From Sphaerodactylus townsendi (lineage: Eukaryota): a DNA stretch of 64,000 nucleotides. Shown here in pieces: positions 12,896 through 23,965 of this stretch (position 1 is the stretch's first letter; every line of letters starts with the position of its first letter). A program made the translations under genes and the position numbers. The DNA is taken from positions 33,852,001 through 33,916,000 of the forward strand of contig NC_059437.1 in the NCBI RefSeq assembly GCF_021028975.2, read 5' to 3'. The notes beneath the pieces were generated by a model. It worked only from the letters and a program-made list of their open reading frames with translations, did not search any database and was not told where the DNA came from.

Positions 12896-14636
12896 GCCTC
12901 GCTCTCCAGTCTCAGTGGGCTCAGATCTGGCCTTCTCTTTTGCCTTAGTGATCTTAGAAACAGGCCTCAGGTAAAAAGAGGAGCATCTATGCTATTTGGG
13001 ATCTGTGTGAGATGGACGAGTTTCGTCACATGAACAATTGCCAGCTCTAAATTGGGGGGCAGGGGGCAAAGTTTGTGGAGGAAAAGAATTGGGAAAGAAA
13101 GGTATAAGGCCCAGAGGCTACCCTCTGTTCCCCAAGGGACACTGTTAACTGCCCTGGAACATGCTGGACTTCCACACCACTCAGCTCCATCCTGCCCAAC
13201 ATTCTCACAAGGCACTACGAATGCATATTGCTCACTGGGTATAGTAGCCTCATGAAGGGGGAAGGGTGAAACCACAGCAAGTTGTAAGGCCCAGAGGCTA
13301 CCCTCAAAAATAGCCATTTTCTCCAGGGGAACTGATGTCATCTGGAGACCAGTTGTAATTCTAGGAGATCTCCAGGTCTCACTTGGATGTTGGGTACCGT
13401 GAATAGCTAGAGGTGATCTGAGAAGTTCACAGTCTTCCTCTTCCTCTGGTTTCAAGGCCCAATCCTGCTTTTCAGATTAGCTCCTTGCAGGAAGAAGCCT
13501 GTTGAGATTAATGCAAACCTTGAACTTCCTATTAAAGTACATAGAGACCTCATTTTCAATTACATGAGTAAGGGCAAGTTTGGATTGAGGGTTTAGATCT
13601 GGCCCTTCTCAGGTGACTGGTATTATTTGAGTTTTGAAATCACATTTGGGATCCCAACTTGTTCCTCCCACCCCACCCCTGCACCATTCATGCAATTGTG
13701 CTGCTATGGACTCTTCATAATTCCTACATCTAGTCCTGCCCTACTTTCCATACATGATGTTCAACTAACAACTGAAGTTTTTGATGCAAAGCAAGTTATG
13801 AGAGAAGCCACCAAAGTGTCTGAGGTGGGCTTATTTCTTCACAAGAAAATCCCAAATCTGGGTCCCAGGCAGACCCACCAAGCAAAATGCCAAGGAATTT
13901 GATAAAACATTTGTACCCTTCCGAATTCAAGGTACAGTAAACTCTAGAACAGAAGGGGCTAGGGTCTGAAACGGAGATGATGGAGGCATATGCTGTTCTC
14001 TCCAAAGGATGGAAGGAAACCCAGAGACTGGAAACCAGGCCAAAGAAAGAAAGGGCAGAGCTGGTCATACTTTTTTTGTGGCAGTTTTTATGCATGGTTG
14101 TCTTGTTTTCTCCCCTGTCACCATTTAGTTCTCTCAGTCGGCAGCCTTTTTGGTTTGGACCAACTCTCTGGCAATGTCTGCTTGTGAAGATGCTGGTGCG
14201 CTGGCAACAAAAGGATTGGGGGAGATGAGAACTGGACTAGGCCAGACACATTGGAAACAAGCTCAGTCCCAGAAGTATTTGCCAGCATCTTGAGGGCTTG
14301 TCTGAGTTCCCAGGGTGGAGAACTGCCCCTACCTGCTGAGCAAATGATCTGTTGCCCTCCTGTGCATGACAGGGGCTGTATTTTCCTGCTACACTACCCT
14401 GGCTTTCAATAGCAGCTCCCGTGTTACTCAGTCCAAGACCAAAGGGCAATTGGATGATGTCTCTCTGCTTGCAACTCTTTCTCTGTCATTCTCCATCTTT
14501 GTCATCAAAAGCTTGGTGTGAAGCATCCACAGAATGACATCCACAGGCAGGCAGCTTTCCAGATCTAGGCACATGATTCTCCACTTTGTATTTTCTGCAG
14601 CTGGTTCATGCCCGAGTCTTCTTCTGTGCATGGAAG

Positions 14637-17600
14637 ATGTCAGAAAAGAGCCATCGCTTGAAGTCGTCCCCTGGCAAAGTGTCTCTGAAAACTGCCACTG
14701 CCGGTAAACAGTGGACTGATCTGAGCAGGTGATGTGTTCTTAGGTTTCTTGCAAGGGCCTGACCCAGAAAACCACTTGGTCAGAGAGGCACACAAGCTTT
14801 GGGCTGGCTAGGGATTAACTGCTGGAGGGTTGAGGGGACCCTATTACTCTCCCCACTCCAATCTGCAGGAGGCCAGTGAGTGTAGATCAGACTTTTCTTT
14901 CCTTGAGGTTGACATTTAAGGACTGCTCAGAAACCACAAGACATCTGTTGGCTCTTGTGACAGAAGGCTTCTCCTAGAGGCTCATAAGCAGGAGGTGGAG
15001 AACTTGGTTGCTTAGTGAATGCTGAACATGCTCAGAAATTGTCTTAGTTCCTTCTAGTCTTTAACTGAACTTATGATGAATCAAATCACATGGGGACAGT
15101 ATATGTAAAGAAAGGGAAACCCTTGCTGAGACCACTGGCCTTTCCCATATACCGAAACAGCCCAAAGATCATGGTGGGCTGCACATGTGCTGAATAATTG
15201 CTGTTGGAATTGACAAAGGGGGGGGGGGGGCAGGAGCCCCCTCCTTCCCTGGGTCTCAGTGGAAATCTGAATTGGACCACTGCCATGCTATTACACAGGA
15301 GTTGCCATCATGGACTTTCAGCAGTGGCGTAGGAGCAGCAGTGGTGTAGGAGATTAAGAGCTCGTGTATCTAATCTGGAGGAACTGGGTATGATTCCCCG
15401 CTCTGCCACCTGAGCTGTGGAGGTTTATCTGGGGAATTCAGATTAGCCTGTACACTCCCACACATGACAGCTGGGTGTCCTTGGGACAGCTTCTCGGAGC
15501 TCTCTCAGCCCCACCCATCTCACAGGGTGTTTGTTGTGAGGGGGGAAGGGCAAGGAGATTGTCAGCCCCTTTGAGTCTGCTGCAGGAGAGAAAGGGGGGA
15601 TATGAATCCAAACTCTTCTACTCTTCTTCTTCAAGTGCAATATGGTTGCCAGTCACCATTGGCAAATTCTGTAAAATCTGGCCCATTCCTGGGGCTGGTC
15701 CTGGGCAGCTCCTTGCAGCAATACTCCTATACCAGCAGTGGGCTCCATCTTGCCCGCTGGAGATCGTGTGCCTTTCTCCCTGCTTGCCCAGGTAACAGAC
15801 AAGGATACTCTGTGTCTGGGCTTGGAAATCTCCTCCAGCGGGTGTGCAGGAAGCAAGCCCTCTCCTATGGGAGCTGACACCAAAGCAGTGTCACTCTCTC
15901 TGCCAAAACAAAGAGCTGCTTTGGCTTTCCAGAACTTCCTTAGTGCAGGAGGTCCATTAGAAGAGCCCAGGAGGCATTGCTTGCAAATCGGCAGGAGGGG
16001 CTCATTTACTTGTTTGTTTGGTTATTTACAACATTTGTACTCTGCCCAGCTGCCCAGGGAGTGGAGGGACAGGGTTGCCAATGCGCATTATTTCTTTTAG
16101 TGAGTTTTGTGGGGTCAATAAGCCTGTATGAGGTCAATTTTTGGTTTGGACTAATACAGACTAATACAGAGATCCTGTTTTTATGAGTGATGGGAGAGGA
16201 GGAGGGCAAAAAGCCTAGTTCCTTCTCTGTCTCGGCAGATGGTGACCAGCCTATTTTCCTATTTTCCCTCCATAGAAGGCCATCAGCTGACGATGACACC
16301 TCTTCAAAGCTGCACCGGATTGGTGCAGGGGATGCAAACCAGCAATCCTCCAGTTCCTCGCAGAAAAAGAGCCTTGGCCGGTACTTGTGGGGTTGCTTGA
16401 AGGGTAAACACGGTACAAACAAGGCCAAGGGGCAATTTCTGGAGCCTTTAGAGCAGGAAGGCAGTCTCAGGTGGGATTGCCATTGTATGGGATTTTTGCT
16501 TCAAGACTGATCAGAATTCCTTCCTGTGGCCTAAAACATCCTTTGTTCAACCCAGCAAGGACTGGCATCGAGAATTTAGACTCCTGTGGCTTCAGTTTCT
16601 AGTTTTTTATTGAGGGAGAGGGGAATGGAGGCTACTCTGTCTTTTGGCTGATTGCTGAAGCTTCTTGTCCTGTTGTGACTTTGAACTGTTATTTATACCT
16701 GGGCCAACATTCTACCCTTTGGACCAGAGGCTGCCAAATACGATGGTGACTGGGGGGCCTGAGGATGACCAGATGGCTTTCTTTTCAGATTTTTAGACCT
16801 GTCCTCTGAAATGTCCGAGTTCTGCTTCTGTCCAATAAAACTGGCTGTAATGGGGCAGCTTTATTTTTTCTGAAGAAGCTTTGAGTAAACATTTGACTGA
16901 CAGGCTGTCACTTTAGGAGCTGAGCTCTGCCCACGGTCCTGGATGGAGACAGCAATGCAATTGCAGTTTCTTTTTTAAATTATAGAATTCGTAAATTTGC
17001 ATCTTTTGATGTAGATCAACATATGCAAATGTTATCCTCTTTTCCTCTCTCTCATCCTCTTTGTTGGTCATCCATAGATGTCCACCATGGTCTTGTTGGA
17101 AGTAGTCGGGACAACTGCCTCAGGTCACCTCTAACCTAGACCAGATCCCTGAGGCTGCCCAAGTGGTTTGTTCCAACTTTTCCATGCTGCAGAATGACTG
17201 TGTGCTCTTTTCTTGGCTTGCTAACTGTTCCTTTCTGCTTCTGTTCCTTTCTAGGATAGCCCAGCTGGTGCTGGTGCTCAGGGAATGGGCCAACAAAGGT
17301 CTGCGAAAAGAACCACCACGCCCAGATTCTTTCCTTGAACGGATCCGTGGGCCAGAGGTGCAGACCTTGTCTTCAACTACAAGTAGCAAAGCTGACAGCC
17401 AAGATAAAGAAGGCGGCAAAAAGAAGAAGTAAGAGTCCTTCTTTGCACTGAAGCAACATTCAGTGCAATCCCAATTAAAAGTGCTCCATTCGAAGTCCGT
17501 TGGTTTTAGGAGGCTGTATTTCTACTTAGAATTTCACAGATTGTTTGCTCACTCTGAGGAGATCCAGACTCTCTGTTATGAGGCTGTTTGCCACCCACTC

Positions 17601-20600
17601 CTTTTGTCTGCTCTTCATACTGGAGAGGGAATAATAACCCAGCTTCCCTTCCTCCGTATAATTAAAGGGCAGGACTCACTGATGCTGATGCTGCACCCAG
17701 GTAATTTGAGCATGAAGAGAGGATTGTTTTCTGCAAAAGGGAGGCCAAGGACGTGCACCTTGGGTATTAATAGCTGCAGTATGAAAGTGGGGTCTTACCT
17801 GCCAGGTTAAGAAGATCTTGTTAATTACCAGTTCTAGTAGCGCAGTTCTAAATCTGTTGCAGCAGAAACCAAAAGGAACCTTGTGGCACCTTGTTGTGCC
17901 CCTGGACAATTAAATATCAAGACTTTGCAGTCAGACAATTTCTTTTATTGAAAACAGCATCAGGAAAAGGCACTTGGACTTCTATTGCCAGAACGAAAAT
18001 TAAGCTCCAAAACATCTTCCATTATCCTCCCACTCCATGCCCATCCACGTCACATAACACCATCCCTTGGTATCACTTCTCAAGGTGAGGAATGGTACAC
18101 CTCCAATCTCATGGGAAGGAGACAGCACGGTCTTCACTTAGGCCAAAACAACCCACACTCCCCAGCGCTTTGAAGTGCAAAAGCCAGCAGATTAGACCTC
18201 ACCTGGAAAACAAAACTTAGAGATAAAGAACAGATAGCAGTCCCAGGGAGGGAGGCAGCAGTCTATGGAGAGAGGATCCCACATCCCACCTGGAAGACCT
18301 GGCAGGATCAGCTCAGAACTGGGCAGATTGTGGACTCACACTGTATTACAGCTAGCGGGCTTTAGCTGACTCAAGCTGATGGTTTAGCAATCTGGTTAGT
18401 TTGTTTTTGAAGTGGTGCAAAAGAACAAGGAAGGGGGCAAGAGCCCTTATGCAGAGTGGGCTGCAGGAACCCAGACAAACCTTGGTAACAGGAGTTGGCA
18501 TGTTCACACAGCACTATAATGTCTCAGGGGGCAGTTGCTGCAGCAGAGACTGGTGGGATGATGAAGATCAATGTTTTTTGGTTCCATTCAAGAGAATGAA
18601 AGACTGACTGCCGTACTCCGAAAGGGTTTGGAGATTGCCACAAGGCCTCTTCACCTAGAAGAACTGAAAACGTTCTATTAGCTTGGCAGCCTTAGGGATT
18701 CCAGCACTTTTCCCTGGCAACCCTTGAGAAAAAAGAATAGCCATCTCTGGGCCTCTGAAAGCCTTGAATTACAGATCTTTTTGAGCAGGAATGAGCACAC
18801 ATGCGTGTACAACCATTTCCTTTCTCTCTGTTTCATTGCTCCACATCAACCCATTTCTTTCTACCACTGGTGTGTAAGTTGCTGTCTAAATTGAAATCTC
18901 ATCTGGGAACTCTGAGCACCCCAATAATGTCCTTTTGCTGCCATTCTGCCCTCCTGACCATGGATGGACCTGAGACTTTAACAGAGTATTTTGACTTTGT
19001 TTTCAGGAAGAAATGGGAGCTGTTTGTGTTGGATCCGTCCGGGGACTGGTACTACCGCTGGCTGCTGGTCATTGCACTGCCTGTTCTGTACAACTGGTGC
19101 CTGTTAGTAGCACGGTGAGCTGCAGATGTTGTTGCCTGTAACGTCACTCTTCCCTCCACTGAAACACTCTGTGCAATTAGAGAAATGGGTCTCTGGAATT
19201 CCTTTCTTCTGTCCCCTCCCCTCTTTTTCTCCACGCCTCAGATCCAAGGATGAGAGTGACTTGCCAGCACTGGCCCATTATGCATGGAGTGCTTTCCTCA
19301 ACGCTCCTCACCCTGCAGAGCATTCACAGTGGGGTCTCCTCATATTTCCTTCTTTAAAACCAAGGAGGTGCCCCACTGCCTGCAATAGGGCTTGCGCAGT
19401 TGCCTGCCCTCACTTCTGGGTCACTCTCCTGTCAAAGGTGCCCACTCACTCCTCACGGGGATCCATGAGCAGCATTTCCCTAAAAATACAAAAGCAATGA
19501 AAGCAGCCTGCACAATATTGATATAAGAAATACTGATATCATTAAAGTGTGGTTGTGTTGTTGTTTTTACTGGCAGCCTTGCAGCTTTTGCCTCCACCTT
19601 TTTGCAGCAAACATTGCTATTCAGTTTGTAGAAAACCAAAAGCTGTTTAACTACCCCTTTATTAGAGCAATTCAAAGTAGCAAAGCACAGAGTCCAAGCT
19701 GTGGTGTTCTGTAGAACTTTTGATCCATCTGAATGTTAACAAACAGAAATTGGGGGGGGGGGGGGGGGATTCGGCCTGCATCCTGTGTAGATACTGCATG
19801 TGAGACTTGCTTTCTTGATGAACTTTGAAATGAGAGTGTGCCTCTGCACGGCATTCCTTGCTATGAGATATGCACTTTGCATACTTATAAGTGCAACAGG
19901 ATCACAGCAAGGGAGTGGGAGCCCAGTTGCCTTTGTAAAAGGGGGCACATTTCACCTGATATTCTCCCCACCATGTGAATAGCATTGCACCATTTCACAA
20001 GCAGTACAAACTCCCCCATCATAAGAAGGCAAAATATTTACCAGTCCCATCCATCTCCTGATGGCTCAGCATTAGTCTCTACTGCCCCTTAATCGGGTCA
20101 GGCATGATCTCTGCTTCCACTGACACATTGGCATAGTAGGCCCTTGTTCTTCTAAGTTTCTCTGTTGTGACCTTCCTGCAGAGCCTGTTTTAATGAGCTC
20201 CAAACACGGTACTTGATCCTATGGCTTGTTCTGGACTATGTCTCTGATGGCATCTATCTTCTCGACATTATCATCCGGCTGCGCACAGGTGAGTATGTTT
20301 GGGCACCTGAGCTGGGAATGTTCCCACCCATAGATGTGTCTTAACATTGCTGACCACATCAGCTGTGTTGCTGACTCTTGCTTTTCTCAGTCTTCAAAAA
20401 ATCTTGAGAAAGAGATTCTTTTTAACAGACATTCTGACAAATAGCTTCCCAATGAAAGATTGATCAACTTTGACTTTGAACATTTTTTTTCCAAACAGGC
20501 ATTAGCATTTAGAAATGGTTAAGGCCTCTGACATGATATCTTGTTGAACTAATGAATGGACTAAATGGGGGAAATGTAGATTTCAGTGATCTCAGAATAT

Positions 20601-22437
20601 TTGGGGTTGTAGCATCGTTTTAGCAACCTCTCTCTGCCCTGTGAATTCCCCACTGTGAAGACAGAAAATCTGGGTAGGTTGTATTTTGATGTCACCATCC
20701 AAACTGACTTCCTCAATTAGTATAATTTACACATCTTGAATCTGATGAAGGCTACAACTTACAAAATGTGGTGACTGGGTAGAAATATTTCAGTAATTAT
20801 GTTGGTATATGGTTGAAGACTTTCACAGCTGGAATCACTAGTGTTGTGGGTTTTCTGGGTTGTATGGCCGTGTTCCAGTAGTATTTTCTCCTGATGCCAG
20901 CCACAGATGCATGTGAAACTTTAGGAGAAAATACTACTGCAACTAACCAACCCTGGCCATTCCCAATTATTTGACATTATTATGGTATTATAAAAAGACA
21001 AGGGACTATGGTTAATACCTGTTTTCCCTGGCAGGTTTCCTTGAGCAGGGCTTACTCGTCAGAAACTCCAAGAAGCTGGGCGATAAGTATGTTGCCACCT
21101 TACAATTCAAGCTTGATATTCTCTCTGTTTTACCCACTGATTTTGCATACATTGCCACGGGCTTAAACCGGCCTGAGGTCCGGTTCAATCGGCTGCTACG
21201 CTTCTCTCGCATGTTTGAGTTCTTCGATCGAACTGAGACGAGGACCAGCTACCCAAACATCTTTAGGATCTGCAACCTAGTGTTGTACATCTTGGTCATC
21301 ATCCACTGGAATGCCTGCATTTATTATGCCATTTCCAAGTCCATTGGCTTTGGAGTGGACACCTGGGTTTATCCAAATATATCCGATCCAGAGTACGGCT
21401 ATCTGACAAGGGAGTATATCTATTGTCTCTATTGGTCTACCCTGACCTTGACAACCATTGGAGAGACCCCTCCCCCTGTGCGGGATGAAGAGTTTCTCTT
21501 TGTCATCTTTGACTTCCTGATTGGTGTCCTCATCTTTGCTACTATTGTGGGAAATGTGGGCTCCATGATCTCCAACATGAATGCCACCAGAGCCGAGTTC
21601 CAGGCCAAGATCGATGCTGTGAAGCACTACATGCAATTCTGCAAAGTGAGCAAGGACATGGAGGCCAAGGTCATCCGGTGGTTTGACTATCTCTGGATCA
21701 GTAAGAAAACTGTTGATGAATGGGAAGTACTCAAGAATCTCCCTGACAAGTTGCGAGCAGAGATAGCTATCAACATCCACCTTGAGACCCTGAAGAAAGT
21801 GAGGATATTCCAGGACTGTGAGGCTGGCCTCTTGGTAGAACTCGTGCTGAAGCTCCGCCCTCAGGTTTTCAGACCTGGCGATTATATTTGTCGAAAAGGG
21901 GACATAGGAAAGGAGATGTATATCATTAAAGAAGGGAAGCTGGCTGTGGTGGCTGATGACGGCGTGACTCAGTATGCTTTGCTAACTGCAGGGTGCTGCT
22001 TTGGCGAGATCAGCATCCTCAACATCAAAGGAAGCAAAATGGGGAACAGGCGGACAGCGAATATACGCAGCCTTGGCTACTCTGACCTCTTCTGCCTGTC
22101 AAAGGATGACCTCATGGAAGCAGTGATGGAGTACCCTGATGCCAAGAAAGTTCTGGAGGAACGTGGCCGAGAGATTCTGGTCAAAGAAGGGCTGTTGGAT
22201 GAAACAGAAGCTTCTGAAAGCATGGAAGGGAACATGGGACAGAAACTGGACCGGCTGGAGAGCAGCCTGGAGATGCTGCAAACCCGCTTCTCCCGGCTCT
22301 TGGCTGACTATGACGCTGCTCAGATGAAGCTCAAGCAGCGCATAACCTTCTTGGAGAACAAACTGAAGCAATCCAACCAGAGTGACTTTTTCTCTGATGC
22401 CTCTGACAACCTACTGGAGGATGAAGGGCAACCATGA
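14637..22437 (+). CDS. CNGA2: Cyclic nucleotide-gated olfactory channel alpha subunit (CNGA2 or CNGA2-like), 6 coding exons, 662 aa
   Basis: Exons: 14637-14728 ([13 protein letters not shown]..), 16276-16380 ([12 protein letters not shown]..), 17255-17428 ([27 protein letters not shown]), 19007-19114 ([24 protein letters not shown]), 20182-20288 (ACFNELQ..IRLRTG), 21035-22437 (FLEQGLL..S4 EVRFNRLLR, pore [30 protein letters not shown]). Total 1989 nt, open frame, GT-AG introns with compatible phases. [12 protein letters not shown], GVTQYALL and C-helix Glu ([10 protein letters not shown]) are CNGA2-type. Confidence 0.92.
15319..15632 (+). mobile_element. tRNA-derived CORE-type squamate SINE (Squam3-like) with (CTT)n tail
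   Basis: tRNA-like head, CORE-like GCTGGGTGTCCTTGGG..CTCAGCCCCACC, CTTCT tail. Near-identical copies at 32245-32537 and 36737-37045. The first 17 bp are tandemly duplicated. Confidence 0.8.
20811..20940. mobile_element. Penelope-like element terminal fragments in inverted arrangement
   Basis: Shares TGTATGGCCGTGTT and GATGCCAGCCACAGATGCA with the 60.8-kb copy; 17-bp perfect inverted repeat CAGTAGTATTTTCTCCT / AGGAGAAAATACTACTG. Confidence 0.7.
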
Positions 22438-22489
22438 TGCTTCCACACTGGCAGGTTTTTCTAGTTTTTGCTGTTTCAGAAAACAGCTT

Positions 22490-22492
<3 letters not shown>

Positions 22493-22570
<78 letters not shown>
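22493..22570. repeat. (CA)39 microsatellite in the CNGA2 3' UTR
   Basis: Perfect dinucleotide run beginning 56 nt after the stop codon. Confidence 0.97.
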
Positions 22571-22574
<4 letters not shown>

Positions 22575-23319
22575 CTTGAAGGAGACCTACCTCCAAATTT
22601 GCTATTCCATATATAGCTACCTCCAAGGGCATTCCTAGTGGGGTGTTCCTGATTTCTCTCCATTAATTTACTTGGATGGTTGATGTTCTCACGTTAGTGC
22701 TACAAACTCTTGTGCATTGCTTTTATAAGCTCAGATTTGAAAATGTTTGTCCTCCAGACACCCACCCACCCCCACCCCCCGCTCCTTCTAAAGATATTCC
22801 AAACAGAATCTACCAGAAGGATGTTCGGTTGGCACACTCCTGTTGATTTATTAGTTAACTTTCCAAGATGGACTCAGCCAAGCACTGCAAGTTCATTCAT
22901 TTTTGACATCTGCTTACATAACATAACTCTTCCCCTTTGCAATGCATGATCCAACATGTTAATGCCTGAATCTGAGAGAAAAGTCCCACCGCAGACATAT
23001 GCAGCTCACCCTGGGAGATTGACCCTGCTGTTTCTCTCATGAATGAGCATGGAAGAGGAGTGGTGGTATGCACTTGTATGCTTGTGTGTGATTGGAGTAT
23101 GTTACCTTCAAAGCAGAGGTCCACCTGCATTCGGCCAGAACTAGCAACTTCCAGCATTATTACAGTGTGTGGACATGCACATATGTGTGCCTGCATGCCA
23201 GTAGCCCTGTATTTTCACACAAGTTCTTCAGCTCAGTTTCTTTGGCCCCACTGAGAAGGTAGTTTGCCAATGACCCTGTCACCATCTCCCTTGCTTTGCC
23301 CTTCTTCTTAGCAATATTG

Positions 23320-23965
23320 TACTGTTGTCGTTGTAGTGTTGCATTTTCAATATTTATTGCTTTTTTGCTATTTTAACTGTATTCCGTTTTATCTTTTGTA
23401 TTGTTGCCCTGAGCCCTTCGGGGATGGGCGGGGTATAAATTCAAAAAACTTGATTGAAATGGGATATTGCTACATATTTCTGGAAGGGAAATATATGAGG
23501 GGAACATAAAGTGGATGTATAGTTTATAAGTAGATAGATTTGAAATATAATATAGAGTTGTTATTCAGCAGTTGGTATTATTCTGTTAAATTGTTCTAGA
23601 GTAATAATAAGATAATGAAGTATTTTAAATATGACCATGAGATTTGGTGGTGGAGTTTGCGGGTGTGGCAGAATGATATATATAGTGATGGGAGATTATA
23701 CAATTGGGTAATTGCCGGTCTGAGGGGTTAGGACAGGAGATATATTAAAGTTAGTTATTGTGGTGGAAGTATTAACCATAATAACAGGTAAGAAATAACA
23801 GAACGTGTGAATTTTGCTCACACCGAATTAAATGTACTAAATATTAGTAATATCGTTTTGGAGTTTGATGTTGTGATTTTCAGATATTATTTTCAGAAAG
23901 CTATTGTTTGTATTTTTAATTTTAACAAAAGAAAATTATTAAAATAAACAAACAAACAAATAAAT
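23320..23965 (+). mobile_element. LINE 3' end (L2-type terminus) followed by AT-rich LINE-like sequence and an (AAAC/AAAT)n tail
   Basis: GCCCTGAGCCCTTCGGGGATGGGCGGGGTATAAA (~23406-23440) matches the 3' terminus of the 48.3-kb LINE; A-rich tail at ~23940-23965. Confidence 0.5.

Larger units (their letters stand above)
10459..13300. repeat. Complex tandem/segmental duplication array upstream of CNGA2
   Basis: TTGTTCACTGGGTATAGTAGCC recurs 5 times (~10463, 10830, 11536, 11851, 13228). A ~310-bp unit occurs 3 times (11253-11559, 11560-11873, and a partial unit at 11874-12047). A ~350-bp block is duplicated at 10493-10850 and 12907-13250. Confidence 0.9.

Noticed and set aside
10459-13300. CRISPR-like array of recurring ~25-bp motifs
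   Set aside because: The intervening sequences are themselves duplicated and hundreds of bp long, the context is vertebrate, and there are no cas genes.
16381-16410. Alternative CNGA2 exon 2 donor G|GTAAAC at 16404
   Set aside because: Gives phase 1, incompatible with the next exon.
21211-22437. Stand-alone 408-aa ORF or CNG retrocopy
   Set aside because: It is the normal large last exon; the frame extends to the acceptor at 21034 and five upstream coding exons are present.
14637-22437. CNGA2 as a pseudogene
   Set aside because: No stop or frameshift in 1989 nt and all splice sites are GT-AG; only missense oddities.
22331-22579. ORFs with VC/TH dipeptide repeats (and IHTY at 58808-59113)
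   Set aside because: Translations of microsatellites.
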